From positions 141 through 64,140 of the forward strand of contig DLNB01000045.1 in assembly GCA_002479455.1 (NCBI GenBank): a DNA stretch of 64,000 nucleotides, written 5' to 3'. This document shows, one piece after another, positions 1 through 8,811 of this stretch. Position numbers and translations under genes: made by a program. Numbering within the stretch: position 1 is the stretch's first letter; each line of letters begins with the position of its first letter. The notes under the pieces were generated by a model. That model was not told the origin of the DNA and ran no database searches. It saw only the letters and a program-made list of their open reading frames with translations. The DNA is from Acetothermia bacterium UBA7521. Lineage in GTDB: Bacteria > Bipolaricaulota > Bipolaricaulia > Bipolaricaulales > Bipolaricaulaceae.

Positions 1-743
1 AGCGCTGCAGCACTGAGAGGTCCCCACTGCACGACCCCCCCAGACCCGACGAAGCGCGCCAAGTACACGGGAAGCGTGTAGTTCACATTGCTGCGCATGA
101 CGACAAGCGCGAAGAAAAACTCGTTCCAAGACAGAAGAAGCGAGAAGGTCGCCACCGCCAGGAGCCCGGGGACGGAAAGAGGGAAGACGACCCTCACGAG
201 CGATCCCAGACGACTGCACCCGTCGATACGCGCAGCCTCCTCAAGTTCCACGGGGATTTTGTCGAAGTACCCTTTCAGCAGCCAGATCGAAAACGGCATG
301 CTGAAACTCGTGTGCATCATGATCAACCCAGGCAGGCGATCCACCAACCCGTACACCGTGAGCACGGTGAACAGACCGAGCACCATGATGATGCCCGGGA
401 AAGATTGGGTGGCCAGCAACCACATGGAAAACAGCGTGCGCCCCCGAAACCTGAACCGGGACATCGCATACCCGGCAGGAGCAGTCACCACCACCGCCAA
501 CAACACCGTACTGACGGCAACGATGAAGCTGTTGCGCATGTTGACGGAGAACGTCGTCCCAAGCATCACGGAGCGGAAGTTCGCCAGCGTGGGTGCTTTG
601 GGAATCCCCAACGGCGCATCGAAGATCTCCACCTCAGACTTCAGGGAGTTGAAACCCAGCAGGATCAACGGGAATGTGAGCACCCCGATCATCACCACAA
701 CGCAGACATGGAGCAGCGCTACACGCCACGGACGGAGGCTCAT
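1..743 (-). CDS. carbohydrate ABC transporter permease (MalG/UgpE-like); C-terminus runs off the window
   Basis: My own minus-strand translation from ATG 743 (ATGA overlap with the upstream permease stop) reads MSLRPWRVALLHVCVVVMIGVLTFPL...TQSFPGIIMVLGLF...LEEAARIDGCSRLGSLVRVVFPL. It is multi-TM with the EAA-loop motif. It is absent from the ORF track because no stop lies inside the window. Confidence 0.85.
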   Translation of the reverse strand, partial: MSLRPWRVALLHVCVVVMIGVLTFPLILLGFNSLKSEVEIFDAPLGIPKAPTLANFRSVMLGTTFSVNMRNSFIVAVSTVLLAVVVTAPAGYAMSRFRFRGRTLFSMWLLATQSFPGIIMVLGLFTVLTVYGLVDRLPGLIMMHTSFSMPFSIWLLKGYFDKIPVELEEAARIDGCSRLGSLVRVVFPLSVPGLLAVATFSLLLSWNEFFFALVVMRSNVNYTLPVYLARFVGSGGVVQWGPLSAAA

Positions 744-1639
744 CGCAGTACCTCCCGGATGTAGAAGACCACAGCCAGGAGCAACACGGACAGAATCACC
801 ACGCCGATAGCCGCGCCATAGCCGGCTTGGTAGTACATGAAGGCGTTCTGGTACGCATACAAGGGGAGCGTCATGGATGCGCTGCCCGGCCCTCCTTTGG
901 TGAGCACGAACACGATGTCGAAGGAGTTGAACGTCCAGATCGTCTCAAGCGTGAGCACAATGAGAATCATCTTGCGCATGCTCGGCATGATGACGTGCGC
1001 CTGCGACTGAATGTAACTGGCCCCGTCGATAGCAGCCGCCTCCAGAAGCTCCGGCTCCAGCGACTGCAGCCCGGCCAGCAACATGACCGTGACAAACGGC
1101 GTCCCCATCCAAACGGTGGCAATCACGCAGGTCCACAGGGCAAGGCTGGGGTTCGTCAACCACTCCGGACCCCTGAGCCCGAGCGAACCCAGCACCGCGT
1201 TGAGGGGGCCGTTGGGGAGGAAGATGTACCTCCAGATGAGCGAGATGACGACTCCCGGAAGCGCCCATGGGACGAGCGAGGCGGTTCGGAAGAACCTGCG
1301 GAACCGCAGGTGCTTCGAGTTGAGCATGGTGGCGAGCGCGTACCCCAAGAGGAACATTCCCGCCACGCTGGTCGCTGTCCAGACAATGCTGTTCAGAAAA
1401 GCGGCGCTGAACGTGGGGTCAGAAAGCAGCAGCGTGAAGTTCTCCCACCCACTGAACACATCCTGACGCGCGAGGGCGCGATACGAGTAGAACACCCTCG
1501 AGACGCCCTGGACCAAGGGGTACAGGCTGACCATGCACAGCACAACGAGCGCCGGCAACAGGAAAGGAAGCGCACGACGCCCCTCGCCCCCCGGCCAACG
1601 TGAGATCGTTGAACTACTCCGCATCGGTGAACCCGACAA
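740..1639 (-). CDS. carbohydrate ABC transporter permease (MalF/UgpA-like)
   Basis: 299-aa ORF with multiple hydrophobic segments and the EAA-loop motif LLEAAAIDGASYIQSQAHVIMPSMR. It is translationally coupled to the downstream permease. Confidence 0.9.
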   Translation of the reverse strand: MSGSPMRSSSTISRWPGGEGRRALPFLLPALVVLCMVSLYPLVQGVSRVFYSYRALARQDVFSGWENFTLLLSDPTFSAAFLNSIVWTATSVAGMFLLGYALATMLNSKHLRFRRFFRTASLVPWALPGVVISLIWRYIFLPNGPLNAVLGSLGLRGPEWLTNPSLALWTCVIATVWMGTPFVTVMLLAGLQSLEPELLEAAAIDGASYIQSQAHVIMPSMRKMILIVLTLETIWTFNSFDIVFVLTKGGPGSASMTLPLYAYQNAFMYYQAGYGAAIGVVILSVLLLAVVFYIREVLR

Positions 1640-2654
1640 CGATCTTCATTTCGTCGCCTCGCTCTGCCGCGGCGAACGCATCGCCAACGCACGAGAACGA
1701 CGTGACTGCAGTGATGAGCTGTTTCAGCTCGCCGGCGTGCTCAGCTGCCCACGCTGCGGCGCTCCGGAAGTGGGCGAGCCGGTATCCGAAACTCCCCACC
1801 ACCGAGACCTCGCGGTAATGAATGTCGTAGGGATCCACAGACATGACCTCCCCCTTGGGAAGGCCGCCGAACAGGAGCACGCTCCCGCCAGGGGCGGTCA
1901 GGCCCACCGCTGTCTCGGCAACGTGGCGATGGCCCACTGCGACCAACACCTTCTCGGCGTTGGGAGCCCCGAAAGCCGTCTCCAACGCCTCTGAGAGCGG
2001 GACATTCGTAGGGTCGATCGCAGCCAGGCCCAGCTGCTCCAGACGCCGCCTCCGGATTCCGTTGATCTCGCTCACCAGAACCCGGTTTTCACGCGCGCGG
2101 GCCAGCAAGGCCAACAGGGCCCCCATCGGCCCTCCACCGATCACCAGCACCGTTCCGCCACGCGTCACACGCGCCCGCTCGATCCCGTTCATCGCGCATG
2201 CGAGCGGTTCGAAGAGCGTGGCGGTCGCGTCATCAAGAGCAGCCGGTACGGGGACGATCGCTCTGCCCACCATGTTCCCTGGCACCCGGACGTACTCCTG
2301 CAGCGCTCCTGAGATGAAGTCCTTGTTGTTGCAGAGCTCGCCAAGGCCCCGCCGACAGATCGCACAGACACCACACTCGGCGTACGGCGCACAGGCCAGT
2401 CGCATGCCCGGTGCCATCCCCACCACCTGGGAAGCCACGGACACGACCACCCCTACCACCTCATGTCCGAGGACGCACGGGGGCTGAAAGAACGGATGCC
2501 CACGGCGATAAGCCTTGATATCTGTGCCGCAGAGCCCGACGGCCAGCGTCTTGAGGAGGACGTCGCCAGCTTCGACGTCGGGGACGGGCACCTCGCGAAT
2601 CGCGATCCGTCCCAGAGCTGCAAGCTCCGCTGCTTTCATTCGCTCGGGCTTCAT
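1614..2654 (-). CDS. Zn-dependent alcohol/polyol dehydrogenase (MDR family, sorbitol/threonine dehydrogenase-like)
   Basis: 346-aa ORF with GLCGTDIKAYRRGHP...GHEVVG (catalytic Zn signature), a Cys cluster CGVCAICRRG (structural Zn) and VLVIGGGPMG (Rossmann fold). Confidence 0.85.
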   Translation of the reverse strand: MKPERMKAAELAALGRIAIREVPVPDVEAGDVLLKTLAVGLCGTDIKAYRRGHPFFQPPCVLGHEVVGVVVSVASQVVGMAPGMRLACAPYAECGVCAICRRGLGELCNNKDFISGALQEYVRVPGNMVGRAIVPVPAALDDATATLFEPLACAMNGIERARVTRGGTVLVIGGGPMGALLALLARARENRVLVSEINGIRRRRLEQLGLAAIDPTNVPLSEALETAFGAPNAEKVLVAVGHRHVAETAVGLTAPGGSVLLFGGLPKGEVMSVDPYDIHYREVSVVGSFGYRLAHFRSAAAWAAEHAGELKQLITAVTSFSCVGDAFAAAERGDEMKIVVGFTDAE

Positions 2655-2748
2655 GTCCGTGAGCGCCCCTTTAAGTCGACCGTTGGAGGTCGTGCAATGC
2701 CGTTGGCGAGGGGGGAACGGAGGTTCCCCCCTCGCCTATAGGCAGAGT

Positions 2749-3252
2749 TCAGTACTCGATCCGGATCTCAACTACGAACCACGACCACATCTCAGGCGCG
2801 TAGAGATCCTCCACGCCCTCGATCTGGTACGGGAATACAAGCTTGAGCGGTCCGCCACGGCTGGCACGGATCCTCTCCCCGCCGGAGGAGTACGCAATCA
2901 GGATCGGGTAGTAGAGCGCGTCCTTGATCTCTACCGGGAACTCCTTCGCATCCGAAGCGACAATGACGGCTCGCTTCGCCGCTGCGGGAATGCCCACGTA
3001 GTGCAGAAGAGAGCTGAGATCTACCCCCCCATACACCTGCGTGCCCAGCCAGGGGTCTTCCACTTCATACGCGACGAAGGGCAACGCCTTCAGCATGTCC
3101 AGATCGAACTGGAATACCTCATCGGCATTGCGCAACGCGATTGAGCCCGACAGGGTCAGCACAACATCGCCAGCCGGCGTCGGAACTTGCCCCATCGCGA
3201 ACACCCCGGCCACCAGTGCCGCCACCACTCCCATGCTCAGAACTCGCTTCAC
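2749..3252 (-). CDS. small secreted protein with a molybdopterin-oxidoreductase-like (Oxidored_molyb-type) domain
   Basis: 167-aa ORF with signal peptide MKRVLSMGVVAALVAGVFA. The pattern LSGS...DLDMLKALP...GGVDLSSLL...ASDAKEFPV...YPILIAY..GGERI...RGGPLKLVFP...W.VVEIRIEY resembles the substrate-binding domain of Moco oxidoreductases. The assignment is by motif memory only. Confidence 0.5.
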   Translation of the reverse strand: MKRVLSMGVVAALVAGVFAMGQVPTPAGDVVLTLSGSIALRNADEVFQFDLDMLKALPFVAYEVEDPWLGTQVYGGVDLSSLLHYVGIPAAAKRAVIVASDAKEFPVEIKDALYYPILIAYSSGGERIRASRGGPLKLVFPYQIEGVEDLYAPEMWSWFVVEIRIEY

Positions 3253-3336
3253 AGCCTACCTCCTTGTTCGTTCATCAGGTACGTGTCCGTTGTCCGATCC
3301 CCACCAACGTGTGCCCCCTCCGATCACCTCCCTCCC

Positions 3337-4611
3337 TCATTGCAGCCCCATCCTTCTGAGGAACTGGTTGCCCTGAACCGTCGCTGCCTGCAGCGCGCTC
3401 TCAAGGGTCTGTCTCCCCAAGATGACCAGCTCTATCTGCGGGATGAACGACTGCCATTCCCAGGCCAGAATGCCGAACATCTGTGGCTTCACGTCTTCGG
3501 CGTACGGTAGCCACTGGTACGCCACATCCCATTGGAACTCCGCGCTGCGAAACTCCGGACGCTCCAGGGCTGAGGAACGTGTCGGGAACAGCCAATCCGC
3601 TTTGGCAAGTCGTACCTGGTTTTCCGTGTTGGTGAAGAACCTCAAGAACTGGGCCGCCTCGTCCTTATGCTTTGATCCCGCGTAGATGCCCACCGCTTGA
3701 GGATTCGCCTCGGTCACATTGCGCACCGGCCCCTTCACCCAAAGCATTCCCCAATCCAGCTGCTTGCGCCCCACCATCTCCAGCCACTGCCGTACCCAAC
3801 ACCCGAAGCTGAACATCGCGTACCGGCCATCACGGAACCCGGCAAGCAAGCTCATGAAGTCGTAGCTCAAGATCTCGCGCGACATCACCTGGTCGACAAT
3901 GACGAGATCGATGTAGAAACGGATTGCTTCCTTGGCTGCATCGTCGATGTCCACAAACCACCGTCCGTCATCGCCCTCGCGGAGCACCCGCCCGCCGTTC
4001 TGCGCAACAAGACACCACCACAGCCGTTGTTCCAATGGCGCCATGAGACCCCAGGTCGTCACATTGCCGCGCGCGTCCCGTCGGGTAAGGGTCTGCGCAT
4101 ACTCCCGTAGCTGTTGCCATGTGAGCATCCCGTCTTCGGGGACTTCCAGCCCCGCTTCGCGGAACATGGCGCGGTTGTAGAAGATCACCTGCGTCTCCTG
4201 GAGGAAGGGGGTCCCGTAGATCAAGCCTTGGGGATCGGCTACCTCTTCCCAGCTGCGTTCTGTGATGTCATCCCACGTTGCCGCGTCGATGTACGCGTTC
4301 AGCGGCTCCGCATACCCCAGCAGCCCGTACTCGTAGCACATGACAGCGTCCTGGTGGAACAGATCAGGCGCTTGCCCTGCCTGGAAGCTGGTCAACAGAT
4401 AGTCGTTGATGTTCTCCCACGGTACCCACACCAGCTCGATGTGGATTCCTGGGTTCGCGGCATTCCACTCCGCAACGACGTCCTCGATCTCGTCCACCAT
4501 CTCCGGTTGCCATGCCGGCGTCACGAACTTCAGCGAGACCCGGGCTGCCGCAGTTCCCGCCAGCAGCAAGACACAGAACAACGCAGCCAGCCACGTACAC
4601 CTACCTCTCAT
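3337..4611 (-). CDS. ABC transporter extracellular solute-binding protein (family 1, sugar-type)
   Basis: The ORF frame is open to 4638, but GGAGGG lies 4 nt upstream of ATG 4611 (MRGRCTWLAALFCVLLLAGTAAA, a signal peptide). Trp/Tyr-rich periplasmic-binding-protein-like sequence that sits next to two permeases. Confidence 0.85.
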   Translation of the reverse strand: MRGRCTWLAALFCVLLLAGTAAARVSLKFVTPAWQPEMVDEIEDVVAEWNAANPGIHIELVWVPWENINDYLLTSFQAGQAPDLFHQDAVMCYEYGLLGYAEPLNAYIDAATWDDITERSWEEVADPQGLIYGTPFLQETQVIFYNRAMFREAGLEVPEDGMLTWQQLREYAQTLTRRDARGNVTTWGLMAPLEQRLWWCLVAQNGGRVLREGDDGRWFVDIDDAAKEAIRFYIDLVIVDQVMSREILSYDFMSLLAGFRDGRYAMFSFGCWVRQWLEMVGRKQLDWGMLWVKGPVRNVTEANPQAVGIYAGSKHKDEAAQFLRFFTNTENQVRLAKADWLFPTRSSALERPEFRSAEFQWDVAYQWLPYAEDVKPQMFGILAWEWQSFIPQIELVILGRQTLESALQAATVQGNQFLRRMGLQ

Positions 4612-4634
4612 CAGCCCTCCTTTGAAGAACGGGA

Positions 4635-6284
4635 TCACTTGCCCTCATCCTTGGTGTAGAAGTACGGGACGAACACCTTGAACGGCGTCGTGCTGGTTGG
4701 ATGATAGAAGCCAAGGACTCCGATCCTATCCCCACGCTTGAGCGCGAAGGGAACCTTGTTGATGATCATCGTCCTCGTACCATCTGTTGCTGAGATATCG
4801 GACCCCATCACAGCCCGAACCTGAAGGTTCGGCGCAGCCACGAAACGTCCCTGGAACGTCTCCGGATGGGTGAAGATATCCTCCAGCGTCAACTCTGGGC
4901 TCAGCACATAGAATGAACGTATCCCGGCAGCTGTACTGCCGTCCTCCAGAGAGAACCGCACATTGAGGGTCCGGTAGCCGGGTTCGAGGACGGACACGTT
5001 GAGGAACCCCGACGCTGTGCTCCACAACCCGTTGCTGTGAACCTCAAGACGGATCTCCGGCCCGTCATCCCACCAGTGAACGGCTCCCACAGCTCGTCCC
5101 CACACTTGGGCGATCGCCCGGTCGGCCCACGCCAGGATAGCCGATGCAGGAGATGGGATTTGAACTTGCTCACCGGCACCGATCTCCCGCCAGATCGAAT
5201 CCAGTCGCCCCCGTTGGAGGCGATGGACGCGATAGCCGAACGACGATCCATCTGGCCCAGGCCCTTCCCACCAAGCGCCGGACACAGCCCCCGAAGTCCA
5301 TTCGGGGAACGGGGCCTCCCGCAGCATGGCGTTGGTGTGCCAATGTCCTGTCAGAAGAGCGGTGATCTCCATCTCGGCCAGCAAATCGAACAGCGCCGCG
5401 TTCTCGGGCGTGGCAGCCCAATCCCACGACGGTTGATGTGCGAAGACCAGGACAGGGATATGCTCAGGAACCTGTGCCAAGTCGGCGCGCACCCACGCCA
5501 GCTGCGCCGCGTCGATGCCGTAGACGAGTCTTCCCCCCGAAAGGTAGTTCGTATTCAGGACAACGCAGTGCACTCCCTTCATGCCAAACGAGTAATACGT
5601 CGGACCAAACACCTGTTCGTACGGTCGGGTCCCGATCGCCTCATCTCTAACGACATCGTGATTCCCGACGGTGGCATAGAAGGGGACGCCAAGGCGGGCC
5701 GGCAACAGGTCGCCCACAATGGTCATCCATTCCGCCACGCGATCCGGACTGGGCCGTTGTGCATCAGCCACCAAGTCGCCGACGAGGATCACAAAATCCG
5801 GGCACAGGTCGTTCAGCTCACGGGTCAGTTCATCGAGAACCCCGTCGGGGTGTACAACCATCCGTCGATCGATGAGAGCGTCCTTGAACTGCTCTGGATC
5901 AGGTGCGTAGTGGACGTCCGCCAACAGGGCGAACACCAACGGCCCGCTGTCGTCCACTTCCACAAGGGTGAAGTCATACACCTCGTCCCCAGAACGGGAT
6001 CGATACCAGCCGTTCTCGGGGCGAAACCCGCTGGGTACGGAGATCCAGACGAACCGTGCCCCATCAGCAAGATCCAGTGCGAACCGGCCATCGGCATCTG
6101 TCAGCGTTATCGTGTGTCCGTCGCTCACCACAACACCGGCAAGACCCATTGCACCTGCCTGTGTCCCAGTGCCGTTCAGGACTTGCACAGTCCCCTCGAT
6201 GGGCTGCGCCTGCGCTGCCCAGCACGCCAGCAAGCAGGAGACCACCGCCAGACCTGGTCCCGTCCACCGCTTAACGGTCCACAT
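4635..6284 (-). CDS. secreted calcineurin-like metallophosphoesterase with an N-terminal CarboxypepD_reg-like beta-sandwich
   Basis: 549 aa. Signal peptide ...SCLLACWAAQAQP, then VVVSDGHTITLTDADGRFAL. Phosphoesterase motifs are LLADVHY, VGDLV, GNHD and GHWH. Confidence 0.8.
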   Translation of the reverse strand: MWTVKRWTGPGLAVVSCLLACWAAQAQPIEGTVQVLNGTGTQAGAMGLAGVVVSDGHTITLTDADGRFALDLADGARFVWISVPSGFRPENGWYRSRSGDEVYDFTLVEVDDSGPLVFALLADVHYAPDPEQFKDALIDRRMVVHPDGVLDELTRELNDLCPDFVILVGDLVADAQRPSPDRVAEWMTIVGDLLPARLGVPFYATVGNHDVVRDEAIGTRPYEQVFGPTYYSFGMKGVHCVVLNTNYLSGGRLVYGIDAAQLAWVRADLAQVPEHIPVLVFAHQPSWDWAATPENAALFDLLAEMEITALLTGHWHTNAMLREAPFPEWTSGAVSGAWWEGPGPDGSSFGYRVHRLQRGRLDSIWREIGAGEQVQIPSPASAILAWADRAIAQVWGRAVGAVHWWDDGPEIRLEVHSNGLWSTASGFLNVSVLEPGYRTLNVRFSLEDGSTAAGIRSFYVLSPELTLEDIFTHPETFQGRFVAAPNLQVRAVMGSDISATDGTRTMIINKVPFALKRGDRIGVLGFYHPTSTTPFKVFVPYFYTKDEGK

Positions 6285-7035
6285 GCGCTCCTCCTTTCAC
6301 ACCGTGCACAACTTCGACCAACCTCCGCACAACGGTTCCCGGATCGTGCGATCCGAATACCGATCGTCCGAAGGCCACGCCCGCCGCTCCTGAGGCGATC
6401 ACCTTCCGGGCGAGCGCGATGGGATCGTCACCGCCCGGTCCACCTGCAGCCAGTACTGGCACAGGGCACTCCCGTACTAAGTTGTCGAACCCCTCTTCGC
6501 TCGCTCCGTAGACCTTGACCACATCGGCTCCCAGCTCGTACGCAACCCGGGTCGCAGGTTCGATCCACTCCAGGTCATGAAACCGCTCCGGTACCGACAT
6601 GAGCATCTCCGCGATGAGCGGCATCCCCCAGCGTCGGCAGGCTGAAGCCACACGGGCCAGCTGTGCCAAGGATGGCGCTTCACCCTTGCCTCCCACAAAG
6701 GCCATGGCAATCACCGCGTCCGCTCCGGCGGCGACAGCATCCTCCACAGGCAGAATCAGCCTGTGGTAATCGAAGCAAGGATCTCGATCGGTGCTCGCAC
6801 CTGTGACTCTCAGGATCAGCGAGACGTTGCGATCGCAGACTTCCCCCCCCATACGCATGGCCCCAGGGTTCAGGATGAGACCCTCCGCTCCCGCCTCAAC
6901 GACCTGACGGATCGTCTCCCGAAACGGCGAAAGCCCGGGCAGGTTCCCCTTGTGCTGCCCATGATCGAGGGCGACAACCACAGCGCGCCCGTCAGCAGCA
7001 AACAACCGCCTCATCCGAATATGCCATCCGCTCAT
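6271..7035 (-). CDS. class I aldolase, DhnA/LsrF family
   Basis: The start is taken at internal ATG 7035 (ATGA overlap with the LacI stop). The sequence MSGWHIRMRRLFAADGRAVVVALDHG...ADVVKVY...PVLAAGGPG is typical of DhnA-type fructose-bisphosphate aldolase / LsrF-like enzymes. The upstream part of the 307-aa ORF is Arg/Gly-rich and overlaps the LacI gene. Confidence 0.75.
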   Translation of the reverse strand: MSGWHIRMRRLFAADGRAVVVALDHGQHKGNLPGLSPFRETIRQVVEAGAEGLILNPGAMRMGGEVCDRNVSLILRVTGASTDRDPCFDYHRLILPVEDAVAAGADAVIAMAFVGGKGEAPSLAQLARVASACRRWGMPLIAEMLMSVPERFHDLEWIEPATRVAYELGADVVKVYGASEEGFDNLVRECPVPVLAAGGPGGDDPIALARKVIASGAAGVAFGRSVFGSHDPGTVVRRLVEVVHGVKGGAHVDR

Positions 7036-8024
7036 CGCATGCTCCTTCGGGAACAGGTTTCCCCTGGGATGATCCGCACCGGGAGCAGCAGCGATTCGAC
7101 GCTCCCTTCCAGAAGCATCCGCGCCGCCTCTGTGCCCATGTGTCGGGCGGGCACTTCCACTGTGGTCAACCGAGGACGGACGAACGCTGCCCACGGCACA
7201 TGGTCAAATCCCGCGACACCAAGATCGTCAGGCACAGCCCTTCCCAGTTCCTCGGCGGCGCGCATGACCCCGACAGCCATCAAGTCGTTCGCGGCAACGA
7301 TGGCGTCGAGGACACTGCGCGCCAGGATCGCCTTGGCGGTAGCGTAGGCAGACTCATACGTATACGGACTGTGCCTCACACAGACGGGGGACATGTTCCT
7401 GGCCCTCAGAGCATCGAGAAACCCCGCAAGGCGATCATTCGCCGTGCTCACATCCGAGGGCCCCGCGATGTAGGCGATCTGACGGTAGCCAAGCTCCAAC
7501 AGGTGCTCTGTGAGCATCCGACTGCCCGCCCTGTTGTCCGCGCTGATCGTGGGCAGCCCACGAACCTCTCGGTCCGCGACCACCACACGCACACCACAAC
7601 GGGCCAATCGGTCGATCGCATCCCGATCCGGTTGTGCAACAGGGACAAGCACGACGCCCTGAACCCTTTCTGCGAGGAGGAGCGAGAGATAGCGCGTTTC
7701 CTTAGGGACCAGATTGTCGCTATCGCAGATCAGTGTTGAGCATCCTGCATCGAAGGCCACGGCCTCCACTCCGCGAGCGAGCAGAGCAAAGAACGGGTTG
7801 GAGATGTCGGGGAGGAGGATAGCGAGCACCTGGGAGCGTTGGCGACGCAAGGATCGCGCTGCCCGTTGAGGCGTATAGTCCAGTTCGTGAATCGCTTCCA
7901 GCACCCGATCTCGCGTCGCCGGTCTCATATGCTGCCCATCGTTCCCGTTGAGCACCCGTGAGACGGTGCTGGGGGAGACACCTGCCAGCGCTGCGACTTG
8001 CCGTATAGTCGGCTGCCGGATCAT
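7032..8024 (-). CDS. LacI-family transcriptional regulator
   Basis: 330 aa with N-terminal HTH TIRQVAALAGVSPSTVSRVLNG followed by a periplasmic-binding-protein-like sugar-binding core. It is the first gene of the minus-strand sugar operon. Confidence 0.9.
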   Translation of the reverse strand: MIRQPTIRQVAALAGVSPSTVSRVLNGNDGQHMRPATRDRVLEAIHELDYTPQRAARSLRRQRSQVLAILLPDISNPFFALLARGVEAVAFDAGCSTLICDSDNLVPKETRYLSLLLAERVQGVVLVPVAQPDRDAIDRLARCGVRVVVADREVRGLPTISADNRAGSRMLTEHLLELGYRQIAYIAGPSDVSTANDRLAGFLDALRARNMSPVCVRHSPYTYESAYATAKAILARSVLDAIVAANDLMAVGVMRAAEELGRAVPDDLGVAGFDHVPWAAFVRPRLTTVEVPARHMGTEAARMLLEGSVESLLLPVRIIPGETCSRRSMR

Positions 8025-8051
8025 AGGAAATCGGTCTCCGAAATCGTTGCC

Positions 8052-8079
8052 ATGATAGCGAATGAGGGAGGACAGTCAA
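8052..8079 (-). promoter_or_regulatory. candidate sigma-70 promoter of the LacI/sugar operon
   Basis: The minus strand reads TTGACT-16 nt-TATCAT. It is followed by a leader with the direct repeat CGATTTC x2 and GGAGA ahead of ATG 8024. Confidence 0.45.
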
Positions 8080-8659
8080 GGAAGGAGTTCGAGAACGGCG
8101 GAAAATGTTGTCTAGGTCAACCCTAGAGTGGTGGGGATGCCTTGAAGCGGGGGCCCTCGAACAAGACGGAGTGGAGATCGAGAGGACCGGCTGTTGAACC
8201 GGGAGGACTCACCCCGACCACAGAAGCGGGACCTCCCGACCCGCGCGCAAGCGAAGTCAAGCTTCTGAACACAACTCGGGCACCCCAGGCTCCCACGCCC
8301 CCGTCTGCCGAGTGGCCGTCCGCCGGCTACAAACAGTGAATCACGCGAACGAGGCACGAGGCGATGCTGGCGCCACAGGAAGTGCCCACCCTGATTCAAC
8401 GGTTTCGAAAGAACCGCGCCCCGCGGTGAAGGTCCGAGACGGCGCGGCGGTCGCAGATCACGGGCCGTCCACAGAAGACGTTGAGACGTTTTTGGAACTC
8501 CTTTAGCGCGCTCCTGAACTGCATGCGCACCAAGACGCCTCTGAGGCGGCGAGATCCCCCAGGACGCCAGTCGGGAACTGCGGACTGACCGACGATACCA
8601 TAGAACCCATCTACAACAAAGCCTTTGACCTGATAGCCGAAGGGCGTCGTCTGATCCCA

Positions 8660-8733
8660 TGGCTGGGAGAGAGGGATTCGAACCCCCACTAACGGGTCCA
8701 GAGCCCGTCGGCCTACCGTTAGCCGATCTCCCA
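8660..8733 (-). tRNA. tRNA-Gln (anticodon CTG)
   Basis: The reverse complement TGGGAGATCGGCTAACGGTAGGCCGACGGGCTCTGGACCCGTTAGTGGGGGTTCGAATCCCTCTCTCCCAGCCA folds by hand. It has a 7-bp acceptor stem, D arm, anticodon loop CTCTGGA, T-loop TTCGAAT and an encoded CCA. Confidence 0.95.
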
Positions 8734-8775
8734 GGACGTGAGCATTCTAGCCTTCGCCCGCGTGAGGAGCAAGCG

Positions 8776-8805
8776 TTGCGGTCCGGATTCCATCCTCGGT
8801 ACAAT
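8776..8805 (+). promoter_or_regulatory. candidate promoter giving a leaderless transcript for the Memo-like gene
   Basis: TTGCGG-18 nt-TACAAT, with the ATG at 8812 only 6 nt after the -10 box and no Shine-Dalgarno. Confidence 0.4.
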
Positions 8806-8811
8806 GAGCCG

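Noticed and set aside
8117-8132. CAACCCTAGAGTG resembling the left junction of the IS481 copy (CAACCTAGAGTG at 33034).
   Set aside because: The similarity stops after ~13 nt and no IS-like sequence follows. This is most likely a chance match or just another CTAG-containing potential target site.
8125-8560. tmRNA, RNase P RNA or SRP RNA in the gap next to tRNA-Gln.
   Set aside because: TGGTGGGGATGCC (8129) looks like a reversed ...CCCCACCA 3' end, and CTGATTCAACGGTTTCGAAAG (about 8390) resembles the tmRNA 5' D-loop region. However, they are on opposite strands. There is no GGGG 5' end, no G3:U70 pair, no T-loop, and no tag ORF ending in Ala-Ala. No GGAAAGTCCGGGC / ACAGAANCCGGCTTA (RNase P) or GGAAGGAAGCAGC (SRP) blocks are present.
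8112-8804. 230-aa minus-strand ORF covering the non-coding gap and tRNA-Gln.
   Set aside because: It is Arg/Ser/Gly/Pro-rich, has no motif and reads straight through a tRNA gene, so it is not a plausible protein.
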